From Moniliella sp. 'wahieum' (lineage: Eukaryota), in the NCBI GenBank assembly GCA_003971905.1, contig RSEE01000035.1, forward strand, positions 186,001-250,000: a stretch of DNA of 64,000 nt, written 5' to 3'. Below are positions 1 to 13,404 of this stretch, one piece after another. The notes below the pieces were generated by a model that did no database searches, was not told the origin of the DNA, and saw only the letters and a program-made list of their open reading frames with translations. Within the stretch, counting starts at the first letter, position 1, and every line of letters starts with the position of its first letter. Position numbers and translations under genes: made by a program.

Positions 1-602
1 GGTGTTGGCGGATGCCTAATTTCTTGCGAGCAGCCCAACGGAGAAAAGATACCACGCACGACCGGATTGACACAGGCTGTAGAGTGCTCGGGCGCGACAC
101 TTGATGCATTAGACCGTAGAGTGTTCGGGCGACACAACGGAGGCATATTCCCGCGGGCATATTCCCGTGGGCAGGTGTCCTCCGGGCTGTCCGAGGCTAA
201 GGCGAGAAGACCCAACCGTGAGATTCCGTGCATGCAGCAGCTGGGCAGACAGTGTTAGTGGCAGGCAGGACAACTCCAATAGGCGCGAAGGACGGCGGAC
301 GTACGATGGCAAGGCAAGACCAGCCAAGCGAGAGGACCACAAGCGAGGCAAACCACGTGAGCGACACAGCCCAAGTGAGCAGACGAACAAGAGCGCGTCG
401 AAGGCGAGCGAAACGGTGCATGCACAGCACGCATGCGCCCACAAGGTCAGCAGAAGCGAGGGGAATGCGGAGGAAGCGGACACGTACAATGGCGCTGCGG
501 ACCAACAGGTGAAATGAGGACGAGATATGACCCTCGAGGGGAGTCTGTGTAGGCGGCAGGCCGGGTCAATAACAGAGCGCTGGCGGGCAAAAGAACACGT
601 AC
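1..602 (-). other. Spliced 5' region of a transcript running off the left edge, possibly the start of a CDS (ATG at 233)
   Basis: Minus-strand GTACGT donors at 602, 487 and 304. Introns 602-545 (ATTGAC branch, CAG acceptor) and 304-241 (CTAAC branch, CAG acceptor). The frame from ATG 233 is open to the window edge. No recognisable homology. Confidence 0.4.
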
Positions 603-3600
603 GACAGAAGCAATGCAGATAGTGAGAGGGGGACGGGGCGAGAGGCAGAGGGGGCGTCCAACAGCGAAGATACAGACGAGACGAGGACGTTGTGTGGCGG
701 GAGAGGGAATGGAGACGTGCAGCAGCAATATAGACCAGGCGAGGAGAGGACCGAGCTATGGGGGCGGGACGAGGAAGGCGGGCAGCAGGCGGTGCTGGCA
801 GCAATGATGGTGACGTTTTGGTGGACAAGGGAAGAAATGGTGCAGTTGCGCCGTGGCACAGAGCACTCCGCGATGTGCTGGCTGCAGAGATGGGATACCA
901 GTTGCTACGGGCGCAATGAGAGGGTCGGTTATAAGGCAGCAATCCATCAGCCACAGTCGCGCGAGCCTTTTCCTGTAGCCGCGTTGATTTCAAGTCTCTG
1001 CGCGGTCTCCGTTAAGGCAGTGTTTGCCCACCGCTGCCTGCTCCCGACCACAAGTCCCCGAGGATTCAGACACGTTAGTACGACCCAAAAAGCTCTGGTG
1101 CAGCCGCAGCCTTGCCACACGTGCAGCCGCCCCTCCAATGGCCTCTCCTCGCCCCTAATAGCTTCGCTCGGATCCACCAATCAGCCCAAGTCCGAAACTA
1201 CGGTGATTCGACCTACCGTCTCCTAAGGGATTGTACCCGCAAAGCCTGGGTGTGCCCCTTGGCGGGGCCCGCTCCGTGACAGCACTGAACTTCTCGACGG
1301 AAGGCGATGAAATGGAGAAACGGTCAGAAGTCCAGTTCCTGACCAGGCTCACTAGGCGGGTGCACCAGGAGGCAGTCCAGCTGGGCGACAGCCCGGCCGC
1401 GGCGAACCCACCACGTCCCACTTTTGCTCATCTGAACCATCTCGCCAGGAGGCGATCTGCCGGCACCAGGGGGCATACCAGCTTGGCAATACAATGACTA
1501 ACTATGGGTAACGACAAGGATTCAGCTATCTATCTGAGGGAAGCACCAGAGTGCAGGCGATATGCCGGCGCCAGAGAGGGCATACCAGCTCGGAAATACA
1601 ATGGCTACCCACGTGTGAGCCCACGGGACCAGGTCTCTCTTGAGGGCGGGACCAAGGGGCAGGCCTGTTCTTCCGCTATAAGCCGGCACCAGTCTGCTGG
1701 CCGGCTCGTGGCTGGAAACCACACCTCGCTGCCCGTGCCCTCAGTACTTATCCTTCCCTCCTTCCTCCTTCCCTCCTTCCTCCTTCCCACCTTCCTCCTT
1801 CCCTCCCTCCTTCAACTCTGCGTTTGTGGTGTGACATACGTCCTACTATCGTATCCTGTTTCATTCGCATCACTTTTGCAAGGCTTACAACTGGGGCAAA
1901 GAAACGCTGCCCGCATAGACACCTTCCTCTTTCTGTGCGTGCTATATTTGTTGGTACTACTCAATTCGGAAACCAGAACTATATATAGAGTAACTAGTAA
2001 CGTAGTAACCACAGCAGGCCACGCAGGTCAGGACCCTCTGCCACCCATCATTCATTTCCCTACCGAATGTAGTGCGCGTGGATACGAATGAGCATTGTAG
2101 ACACGCATGAGCGTTCAGGCTGTTCAGGTGAACCATCTCCAATGAGGTTCTCACATGTTATTGATTCTTTCTAGTGCGCAAATGATCTCTCTCTGGTTTG
2201 CCAATAAGCGCAGCTGTCTCCACTCTCGCAGCACTCCCGATGCGGGGCACGTTCCGGAACATTTCCGGTATATTTTCTTCGCAGTGCAGGCTTCAGTTGT
2301 TTTGCACTCTGTTGGCTCTCAGATCTCCCACCTCTTCAGAACTGACCCGTGGGTTCTCGAATTATCGATCTTTTATCACGCACGTTACTCCCCCCCCCCG
2401 CTTCCCTTTCCCTTTTGGCAAGGCCCTCACTGAACCGCTCGGCCCCAGCCTAATGCACGTTATGAAGTCGAAGGCGTTGCGGCTGTCCACGTTTGTGTCG
2501 AGCCGGATGGCTGCCGTTCCGGCGTTGACGCTGACCACACACGACATGGCAATGAGGCTTTTCTTGGCAATGTGATGTCGTCTGTCGTCGTAGCATTACA
2601 TGCAGTCAACTAGTTAGTACCTTTAGGTACTGAAACTGAAGAAGCCCTGAAGCAGGAGGAACGAGCTCGCGTGGTCGATCGGAGTTTTGTTTGTTCTTGG
2701 TTGGCCCATTCGATCATCCACATCGACCATCACAATCACATGTCACATGTCACATGATCACAACGCCTTGCCGAGTCCATGCAGTTGCAGCCTCGGTTTC
2801 AAATCGTGGCGCAAAGCTCGCAATCATTAATCAAGAGGCGCAAGCGGGCGCAAGCTGTGTCTCAAGCAGCCGCTTAGCGCTAAGACTTAGCGCTTATCAG
2901 ACGCTGGTCGATTCGATGATGCATAATGCATGATGCATGCTGCATGCTGCAAGGATTAATGAGATGATGGAGAGGTCAATATCAATGCCGATCGTAATGT
3001 CGAGAATGATTAATGAGGCTCTGCTGAGGCAGAGCCCTGTGGCCTGAGGCTGAGATCGGACATGCATGCGGCGTGCGGCGTCGCGAAACTGTGGGCGTTT
3101 CAGAGCCCAGGTGGAACTCTCTCTCACCTCCACGGTGCTGCTTATCACTGTGACACATGTGCATCAATGTGTAATGCGTAAGTATCGCATGCGGACAGCG
3201 GAGAGCAGAGAAAAGCGGAGATGCCATATGCTATCTGGGATAAATTTTGGGCTTGCCATCTCTTCGGAGATGGCGGATGCACGGATGAACGATGCTTGAT
3301 GCACGAGCGGTGCAGGATGCAGGATGCGATGCTGATGCCATGATTACTGATTCTCCAGGATCTGCGCCACAGACGGGAGACGAGGACAAACTCGGTACCA
3401 GCGAAAAAATTTGGGCTGGAATGCAGACTGAACCATTCGCCGCATTGATTGGGTGGCGCCTCGGTGACTGTCATGCATCCTGCAGCCCTACTAATGATGG
3501 ATGATGGATGATGAATGATGGATGATGTGTGATGCAGTAGCGCATTTTAGCTCTTCAGGCATTCGCCTTCGTCGAAGCAAGCAGTGTATATATTTTTTTC

Positions 3601-3629
3601 TTTGACTTCTCCGCGCCAATGGCCTCAAA

Positions 3630-3764
3630 GCTACATGCTACATACTACATGCTACATGCTACATGCTACATGCTACATGCTACATGCTACATGCTACATG
3701 CTACATGCTACATGCTACATGCTACATGCTACATGCTACATGCTACATGCTACATGCTACATGC
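3630..3764. repeat. (GCTACAT)n heptamer microsatellite, about 19 copies
   Basis: Directly visible tandem repeat. Confidence 0.97.
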
Positions 3765-4295
3765 ACGACAAGATGGTAGTGGTGCAGCTGGGATATCGTA
3801 TCGTTGCAGTCCCCAGGGTTCGTTGAGATTACTCGCGGACGTCGAATACAGGCTTTTGTTTCGTATGCAGAACGAGTCCCACCGGACGGTGAGAATGCAG
3901 GAGAGAGAAAAGTGAGGGAAAAGGATAGAATGCGCCTCAGGAGATGCTACAAGGCGCACAGAGCTTGGCACACAGGACACTCCCTGGGAGGGTAGGATAT
4001 AGGAGAAGTAAAGTAGAGTAGAGTAGAGAAGAGAAGAGAGAAAGGAGAAAGGAGGAAGAAGGGAGAATGGAGGAGGGCAAGGTCATGCAGGGAAGGTATG
4101 CAATGTAATGTAAGTGGGGGGGAAGAGAAGGGAACTCATTTGAAGTGCAGAGGGATCGGAAGCGAACGATCGGAATGCAACAGGACAGGGCACTAGACAA
4201 ACTGGCAGCGCAACGTGGTGCCAAAGTGGACAAAGGCGGTGGCAGCAGTAAGTCAGTAAGGCTCGGGAGCACACATGCTCACATGCTCACATGCC

Positions 4296-6081
4296 TCACG
4301 CTCCGTGCGGCTGGATCCGGAGCGGAGCAGGGTGGGCTCCACGAATGAGATGCAGCGAGAGCGCGCGACGACGACCCAAGACGGACGAGGAAGAAGGCGA
4401 ACAAGGTACCCGGCTGTTGGACCGCTCCGTCAAGCCAACCGTCCCCCGACTAGGAGCCGGCGCACAAACCGTTCTCCGTCGTGGGCTCGGCACAACATCC
4501 GCATTCGCATTCGCATTCGCATTCACATTCACATTCGCATTCGCATTCGCCGCTGTTGTACTTGTACTTGTACTTGTACGTGTACTTTCGCGCCCCATGC
4601 CCATCCCCCGCGCCAACGCACCATCAGCAGCGGTGGTGGGTGCAAGGCCTAGCCCATTGGGCCCCGGGACGAAGCGAGACGAATCGCGTGTGTCGGAAGC
4701 GTGACGACGAGACCCGCGCGCGGAGGCGATGGCGAGCGACGACGAGAACTGGAGCGTGGAAACCGAGTTGGGGACCGGCCACGCCACCGCTCCCCCTCCT
4801 CGGTGAGGCAAGACGCGTTGGCGCTGTCCAAATCCATATCGGGATCGGACGAGGTACCGCATCGAACGTGGGCGTGGGTGCGACCGTGGTCAGGGGAGAC
4901 AGCCTTGCCAGCCCGGCCACGGGGGGGGGAAGGTCTCCCCTGCCGGCCGCGCTCGACGAACGTAGTAGCGAGATCGGTAGTTGCGTGCGCAGGGGGCGGC
5001 CGCTGGTGCCGCTCCTCAGGACCAGGATGCGCCGCGGAGGAGAAGTTGGTACTGCCAATGCAGGTCTTGTGGAGCGCAGTGCGAAGGGCAAGAAGTGGGT
5101 CTTGGCTAGGAGGGGAGTGGGGAGGAACATGGGCCACCGTGAGGACCGTGGTGGCAGTGACGGAAGTAGGGGACGGATGGCAGGTGCTGCACCGCTGGTG
5201 ACGGAGGCCACTGAGGCCACCGAGGTGGAGCAAGCCGCTTTGGTGGGGTCCACCAATCCCGTCTCTTTCGTACCGGCTGCCGGGCCAAGGTCAAAGCCCG
5301 AGATGCACGACGCTGCATCCGAGTCGGAATCTTCAAGAATGGTAGGGTGCGGGTGGGAAGGCGCTTGGTGCGGCGCATGCCACGGTGAGGGACGAGATGG
5401 GTGGTCGACAATCATCCATGGTGACGCAGGCGTCGTGCTGGCAGACACGGGTGCCCGACGTGTAGTTGCCGTCAAGGCAGGACTGGCGAGGAGCACGGGA
5501 GCAGGCATGTTGGTCGCCCCGGGTTTGCGAGCAAAGCGCATGGTAGGCGACCGGAGCGAAGCCAAGCGAGGCGAGGGCGTGCCGGGTGACTGCTCCGACT
5601 CGACATCACTGCCACTTGGACTGCCGCTGGGCATGGTGTGTGGTTCGGGCGAGCGCGGTGGAAAGCTGCGGCGGGGCGGGTGGGGCGGCTGTGGCGCAAG
5701 AGGAGTGGAAGAGGGAATGGGAGCGGTGGCGGAAGGCAGGACGGTGGCCCGACGTGCGGTCGCCGACAATGCGGGGGAAGGAAGCGCATTGAAGGAGGCG
5801 CCTGGGGGCGGATGGTGGAAGGGTTGGGGCGAGGCAAGCAAGGCTGGTGACTCGGTGTGGTCATGGCGAAGGGCAAACGCAGAGGGGAGCGGAGGGGCCC
5901 TGTGGTCGCGCTGGCGGCATTCAGCGCTGCAGAAGAGACTGCCGGGTGCGACGGGGCCAGCACAGACAGCACAGGAATCGTCGGCAAACCAGAGGGCGGC
6001 TGCGTCGGCATCACCGTCGGCCGAGGCAGCGAGAAGCGGCTTGGGGTTGGCTCTGCGACCGCGTTCTGGCTCGCGGGGCAT
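4296..6081 (-). CDS. Ecl1-family (extender of chronological lifespan) Zn-binding protein with a low-complexity tail; 3' end uncertain because of frameshifts
   Basis: ATG at 6081. Motif DDSCAVCAGPVAPGSLFCSAECRQRD matches the Ecl1 pattern CxxC...L[YF]CSxxCRxxD, followed by Ser/Pro-rich sequence. Confidence 0.65.
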
Positions 6082-8735
6082 GGTGCGACGGATGGATGCT
6101 GCGGGTCCTGTGTGGGGACGGGGGGCGTAGCTGCCAGGCTGGGGAGGACGTGGCACGGCAAGGGGGGGGGGAGACAGACGAGGGTGGAGGATGGGGATGG
6201 GGATGGGGATGAGGACGAAATGAGTACTGAGGCTGGCCTGCCTGCCTGGAGAAGCCGGAGAAGAGCGCAAGCACGACACGTTGCTCTGCGATCTCATTAA
6301 CCAGCGTATAGCAGGCTGGCTGGGCGCCCCAGGCGCCATGCTCGCTGGGCAGGCTGCGGCGGCTGGGACGGCGCCACATGGGCTGTCTGCGTATCTGAGA
6401 TCTGACCGGGCGCGAGACGCGCTGCGGTGTGCTGCTGCCTGCTGCTGCTGCTGCTGCCGTGCCGCGTGCCGCGCCGTCCGGCTGCACCACCCGCCGTGCC
6501 CCATTTTTTTTTTTTCGGATGGGCGATGCTCGACGGGGGATGTTGGATGGCGCAGGCGAGGGGCAGGCCAGGTTCCATTGTGCCACGCATTGCTGGGCTG
6601 AGGCCCTGAGGCCCTGGGCGATGACACCATGGCCGTCGCACCCCCGAGCATGCCGGTGCGTGGTCCTGCCCCCCCGAGGCAGACGCGCTGGCATGCTGCG
6701 CTGGCTCGCCCTCTGCCCTGCCGGTGCACTCGGCGCACTTGGCGCATGGTTTGCGCCAGCCAGCTTCCAGCCGCTTGCATCTGCCCACATCCCAGATCCC
6801 ATCCCACATCCACCACGCCTCGCCTCGCACCACCCCACTCCCGCGCCCCAGCCGCCCTAGCACCGCCTCGCTTCCCGCACCCACGCCAAGTTTCGAACCC
6901 CACACTGGCCCCGTCCCCACCCCCACACGCCCAGCCCGCCTCAGCGCCTCAGCCAGCCTCAGCACACGTGCGCCTCTTACATGCATTACACAAGCTCCAC
7001 CCTTCAAACGTTCAAGCCCATCCTGTCACGTGCGCATGCGCCTCCAAGCTCCATTGCCCATTACCCATTTCTTGCCTTGCGTTCGTGCATGCATGCACTC
7101 AAGTGTGGCGTTCTGATCGTGTCAGCGGCCTAACTAACGTTTAGATACATGAATGCAATCCGTGTAATCTTCCCGACATTCTCCCCCCCCCTCTCGCAAT
7201 GTTCTCCAAAGATACACTCCGCCGTGCACCTTGCACCCACACCTTTCACATCGCGATCGATGAGTATATATAGCAAGGCTCTCGACGCCCCCCTGGAAAT
7301 CACGCACTTTACACCGTGGAACGGGACCAGGTACGGTATTCATCCTGACCCGGTCCACACACCGGTCCGGCAAGGCGATTCTCGACGCATTTTACAGCAC
7401 CACTGCACCTCAAGTAGTGAGGGGCTCAGCGACGAGAGGAAGGCCGGGACGCGGCGGGCACAATGGTCCCTGCACGACCTTCTACCAAGTTGCACAAATG
7501 CTATGATGGAAGCTTCAAGCTTCAAACGCGCCCGCCTTGTTTCCGAGACTCGGTCCCACAGCCCCATGGTCCACTAGCATGCTTGTGCGCACGGGCACTG
7601 AGTACTCAGACTGAGTACTGATTAATGATTCTCGATTCCGGACGAGCTGCGCCTAAATCCCGTTCCTAGCCCGGCAGTTCCCGTCATTTCTTCCCTACCG
7701 GTTATGCGCGAGTTAGGCGTTACGCGTTACGAGGTACGCGGGCTACTCATGTAACCCTTCGGTAATCCTAACCGCTTACTGTTGCTCTGGTTACCGGTTA
7801 CCGGTTATGCTTGCGGAGCAGCCCAGCAAGCCTCACCGCTGCATAGCCTCAGCAACCGCATTGACCATCGTCTGCTTTCCGTCGCGGCGACGGCCCTTGT
7901 GTGTATTACACTGAGCACTGACGGCGCTGATGATTACTCGGGCTCCTGCCTGCCCCTGCCCAGGAGAGCATCCTGCAAAGACCGCCAGCTGAGCGGGAGG
8001 AGCACACAGCCCCAGTCGTGTAGCAAACTGTGGATTACTCGTTACTCGTTACTCGTTACGCACCTTACGTGCTCCCACTGGATGGGCTTGTTTTGTAGAA
8101 GCACCGGGGATTGTGATGAGGCCAGCGCGATGGCGGACGTAGGAACGGCCAAGGGCGGATGGTCGTAGAGCGGGAAACGTGCATCAGCTGGAAGCGTGTC
8201 TCGGGGGGGGGGGGGGGGGGGCAGGGAAAACACATCGTGTTGGTGCGTGCCCCTTTCCGCCCCGTTCCGCCGCTCGGAGTTAGGCTGCGGATCGGGTCAT
8301 CGGGACATCGGGGGAAAAGCGGATCAGCGATGGCGTTTGGTGGGTGATCACCGTCATCTCCCTAGCGGGAAAGGGCTACGCGCTGCGCGGGGCTACGCAT
8401 CGATGGTGCTCTGCTGTGCTCCTTGCTGGTTTCAACGCGTGGGACACGCTGCGTCACGCGTCACCCGAGAGCGGCGGCGCAGGTGTGGCCGAGCAGGGCA
8501 GGGGGACAGTGTGCAGCCCACCGCCGGGCCCCGCCCTCTCTCCCCACCGTCGCACGCGGCCAGTGTAGGCCGATGGATGCGCAGCTGGCTGGGCGCCAGT
8601 GTGCTGCGCTGGTGCAATGTTGCAAGACGACGCACACTGCCCCTGGGCGCCGGCGTGCGCCGGGTGCAGCTGCTCCGGCTGACCTCAGCCACTCGGGCGG
8701 CCCCAGCCCGCAGCGCCAGCACGCAGCAGCCAGCA

Positions 8736-8803
8736 GCACCAGCGCCCAGCAGGCACCAGCGCCCAGCACGCACCAGCGCCCAGCACGCACCAGCGCCCAG
8801 CAC
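8736..8803. repeat. 17-bp minisatellite GCACCAGCGCCCAGCAC x4 upstream of RSP5
   Basis: Four near-identical tandem units. Confidence 0.9.
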
Positions 8804-8924
8804 CAGCCGGCTCAGGCTGAACCAAACCTGGTGACGCATCATGCGTCGGCCCAGGCGCCCTGCTGCTGCTGGCCAACGGCTGTGCCTCGTCTTCGCCACC
8901 ATCTCCCCCCGCCCGACCACCGCC

Positions 8925-11402
8925 ATGGTCAACCCCCGCAACCCCTCCAGCTCGCTGCGCAAGATCCGCGTCACCGTCCTGGCTGCCGACGGCCTGGCCA
9001 AGCGCGACGTCTTCCGCCTCCCCGACCCCTTTGCCATCGTCACCGTCGACGGCGAGCAGACCCAGACCACCCAGCCCATCAAAAAGTCCCTCAACCCCTA
9101 CTGGAACGACTCGTTTGTTGTGTACGTATGCGCTCTGCTCTCGCCCCCACCGACCCCCTCCTGACCCGCGTGCCCTCCCCCCCACCCCCACTACCACCAC
9201 GCAGCAACGTGACCGAGGCATCCATCCTCACCATCCAGATCTTTGACCACAAAAAGTTCAAGAAGCGCGACCAGGGCTTTCTCGGCGTGGCCAACATCAA
9301 GGTCAGCGAGTTCATCGACCTCGAACTGGGAGGCAAGAAGGTTTTGACCCGCGATCTGCGCAAGTCGAACGACAACCTCGTGGTTCACGGCAAGCTTCAC
9401 GTTGAGCTCAACACCAACCTCAATGCCCCCGCTGCCACCACCGGGTCCACCGAACCTGTCACCTCCACCTCTGCCGACACGTCTGCGGCAACTGGCACTA
9501 GCCAACCCACCAGCCGTCGTGCGTCGGGTGCCAACGGACGCGACACGAGCGATACGACTCCCGCCGCCGCCGTCGCTACCTCCAGCGCGGCCCCTGCTAC
9601 TGCCCCTCCTGCCGTTGCGGCTGCGACTTGCATCGGCCGCTGACTCGTCCGTCCCCCGTACTCAGATCCAGCGCTCAGATGAGTACGGCGCCCTGCCTCT
9701 GGGGTGGGAGAGGCGGATTGACCAACTGGGCCGTACGTACTATGTCGACCACAACACCCGCACCACCACCTGGAACCGGCCGTCGACGAATGCGAGCGTT
9801 AACGATGCGGCGCGTGCAACGGAGGCGGCGGCGGAGCGCGAGCGCAACTTTAACCGTGCTCTGCCCGACGACATGCTGGGTGTGGACAATGGGGGTGCTT
9901 CCTCGACGGCCTCGTCTGGGGCAGCTATTGCTTCGGGCAACGGAACGTCGTCTGGTTCGGGCCCGCTTCCTAGTGGTTGGGAGCAGCGTACCACTCCCGA
10001 GGGCCGGACTTACTTTGTTGACCACAACACTCGTACCACCACCTGGGTCGATCCCCGGAGGCAGCAACTGCTCCGTGTTCTCGGTCCGGATCGCAACCGT
10101 CTGACGGTGCAGCCGCAGTCGGTGTCCCAATTGGGCCCGCTGCCGAGTGGATGGGAAATGCGCTTGACGGCGACGGCGCGTGTGTACTTTGTGGACCACA
10201 ACACCAAGACCACCACGTGGGATGACCCGCGTTTGCCGTCGAGCTTGGACCAGAACGTGCCGCAGTACAAGCGCGACTTCCGTCGGAAGCTGATTTACTT
10301 CCGTTCTCAGCCGGCCTTGCGTCCGATTCCTGGGCAGTGCCACATGAAGGTACGTCGGACCAACATTTTCGAAGATTCGTATGCGGAGATTATGCGGCAA
10401 CAGCCCAACGATCTCAAGAAACGGTTGATGATCAAGTTTGACGGCGAAGATGGTCTGGACTATGGTGGTCTGTCGCGCGAGTTCTTCTTCCTCTTGTCGC
10501 ACGAAATGTTCAACCCTTTCTATGGTCTGTTTGAGTACTCGGCGCATGACAACTACACGCTCCAGATCAACCCGCACTCGGGCATCAATCCCGAGCATCT
10601 GAACTACTTTAAGTTTATTGGTCGTGTGGTCGGTCTGGCCATCTTCCATCGCCGTTTCCTCGACGCGTACTTTATCGTCTCGTTCTACAAGATGATCCTC
10701 AAGAAGAAGATTACTCTGAAGGATATGGAGAGTGTGACGCGGACTACTACCGCTCGCTCCAGTGGATGCTGGACAACCCGATCGAAGGTGCTATCGAGGA
10801 GACGTTCACCACGGTCGTCGACAACTTTGGTGAGATCCTCACCGAGCCCCTCAAGCCAGGCGGAGAGACGGAAGATGTGTGACGAGAACAAGGCCGAGTA
10901 CGTCAACTTGATGGTGGACTACCGTATTCGCAAGCGTGTCGAGGAACAGTTCAAGGCTTTCCTCGCTGGCTTTACCGAGCTCATTCCGCAAGACCTGATC
11001 AACGTGTTTGACGAGCGCGAATTGGAACTGTTGATTGGCGGCATGTCGGAAATCGACTGCGAAGACTGGAAACGCTGGACCGACTACCGTGGCTTCTCGG
11101 AACAAGATGAGGTGGTACAATGGTTCTGGGAATGCGTGCGTTCCTGGCCTGCCGAACGGCGTAACCGTCTGCTGCAATTCGTCACGGGCACCTCGCGTAT
11201 CCCCGTCAACGGGTTCAAGGACCTACAAGGGTCCGACGGTCCTCGCCGGTTCACCATTGAAAAGTCAGGCGAACCCAATGCCCTGCCTAAATCTCACACG
11301 TGCTTTAACCGTATCGACCTGCCACCTTACCCGGACAAGGACACGCTCGAACAAAAGCTCTCGCTGGCTATTGAGGAAGGCGCCGGGTTCGGCGTCGAGT
11401 AA
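8925..11402 (+). CDS. RSP5: NEDD4-family HECT E3 ubiquitin ligase Rsp5 (C2, three WW, HECT)
   Basis: C2 domain ([14 protein letters not shown]), three WW domains (LPxGWE...Y[YF]VDHNT[RK]TTTW) and HECT catalytic motif [14 protein letters not shown]. Intron 9122-9204. Indels near 9635 and 10740-10875. Confidence 0.97.
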
Positions 11403-12652
11403 GTGTAGTGGTTGGTTTGGTTTGATTAACACACACACCCTGCTCCCGCCTTCTCTTCTTCCCGTCTCGCTTTCTCCATGACCGTTCCGTTCTGTCCCGC
11501 TTCCGTTCCGTCCCGCTCCGTACCTTTCTCTCTTTCTCTCCTCGCCTGTTGCCCGCCGCGTCTTTTCTGTGCCCGTGCCCGTGCCCGTGCCCCACTCCTG
11601 TGCATGCCTCAGCCCAGCCCTTCTTCTTTCCCGTTGGTCCCACCTTGGCCTCTGTCCCTCCTGCCCTCTTGCCCTCCTTTCCTCTTTGACGCGCGCCGTG
11701 TCCTCGTCTCTGCTTGCCACGTATGCTGTTCTGCATTTCTTCTCCCCCCCTGCTTTCCCTTTCCCCTTTCCCCTTTTCACCTTTTCCTTTTCCCTTCTCT
11801 TCCGGATCGCTGCTTTGGCATACTTGACTTGACTTGACTTGACTCGACACCTGGCCCGCCGCTTGGCCTTGAGAGCTTCAGCCCTCAGGACCCTTGTGGG
11901 CTGAGGACTGAGGCGCTGAGGCGCTGAGGCGCTGAGGCTGAGGGTCTGAGGCTCAGCCTGAGCCCTGACCTCAGGCTGAGGCGCCTCCCTCCAGCTGCAG
12001 ACGCGAATGAAAAACCATACCTTTTAAGTTGTTTGTTTGGATAGCGCTCGTCCCTCAGTTTGCTCAGGGGCGGGGAGAGGGGCGCAGCTGTATGCAGAGA
12101 TGAGGATTAGGACTTACCTCGTCGACGGGGGCGCTGACACAAGACACAAACGCCAAGTGCCCACCGTGGGGTGTTTGTTGAGCCTCCATGTGCAATTGAC
12201 CGTTGTGGTTCATCGTTCATCGTTCACACAAGCTAGCCTCTGTCGGCTTGACGGAAGACCTAACCGCCTAACTCAGGCAAGGCAGTCAAGGGGACACGAT
12301 GGGCTCGGCCCCCTAACGCGTAACATGTACCAGTCTCTCTTCCCAGGGACTTGCGAACTTGCCACCTTGCCACCTTGCGCGTGGCCAGGCGGGTGAGAGT
12401 GCACGGTGGTTCATGAGGAACGAAAGGGAACAAAACGATGCCGATGTAGCTTGAAGCTTGAAGCTTGAAGAGGCTTCGTGATTCATGATCTGCCAGCCGA
12501 CAGTGGTTGGTGGATGCGAGTGACTAGTGAGTACTGAGTGGCCATACCACAGCGATGGGATCGGATCGCGACTGGGTTGACCGAAAATTGGTACTCCATG
12601 GTACGTCGGCTCTTGCAGCGTACTCCACTTCAGTTTGCTACCAGAGCATCAC

Positions 12653-12747
12653 GCTTCAATGGGTTAGTGGTATACTACATCGTTGCCAGACTGGCCCCGT
12701 ACCTGTGCGACGTCGATGTGACAGGGGTTCGATTCCCCTTTGAAGCA
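12653..12747 (+). tRNA. tRNA-Gly(GCC) with a 24-nt canonical intron (12689-12712)
   Basis: Acceptor stem GCTTCAA/TTGAAGC, anticodon stem CATCG/CGATG with loop TT-GCC-A, T-loop GGTTCGATTCC, downstream T-run terminator. Confidence 0.95.
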
Positions 12748-13404
12748 ATTTTTGCCTTGCTTTTTTGGCCGATGGACAGGCGTGTGGACCGGGGGACCCC
12801 AGGACGGCGGGAACCCCAACTGAAATCAACTGAAATTTGGGCGGTGCATCACGTGCATCATACATCATGCATCACGCGACCAGTTGGCCCGCTCCCGCCG
12901 GCATGCACTGGTCCGCAATAGCCGCACCGCCCACAGGCCGGCGCAGCGCCCAGTCTGACGCTCGCCTGGGTTTGTTTGCCCCAACACACGACCCGCTGCC
13001 ACTCAGTACTCACCAGCGGGTGGGGCGTAGCCACGCCGAACGAGTACCCAAGAGCCAGGGGGGGGGGGGTCCCCGCCCTCCGTGCTCAGTCGCTCAGTGC
13101 GCAGGGCCAAGAGTCAGGGTAGGCAGGAATGCCGTAGTCTGAGTCTGAGCGCCTCCTGAGAACGGCTAGCGTTCGTCTGGGAGAGTGTCGCATGTGGCTT
13201 GGGAACCAACCACGCACAATCCATTCAATTTCAGCACCCGCTCCGCTCCCACTCCCAATCCCAATCCCAATCGGCCACTAGCACCGGCTATATCTGCCCT
13301 GTCTCGCCCGAGTGCCCCTGCTTCTTTCTCTTTGTTCCCACCACCACCTGGCCCTCACGTGTCCGCCCGCCCGCGTCCCACGCCTGGCCCGTGCCTCGTC
13401 CCCC

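Noticed and set aside
3584..3915. ORFs with MLHATCY repeats
   Set aside because: Translation of the (GCTACAT)n microsatellite.
4481..6130. 549-aa plus-strand ORF
   Set aside because: Antisense shadow of the GC-rich Ecl1-like gene, with no domain signature.
8736..8803. CRISPR-like array
   Set aside because: Contiguous tandem units without spacers, eukaryotic context, and no cas genes.
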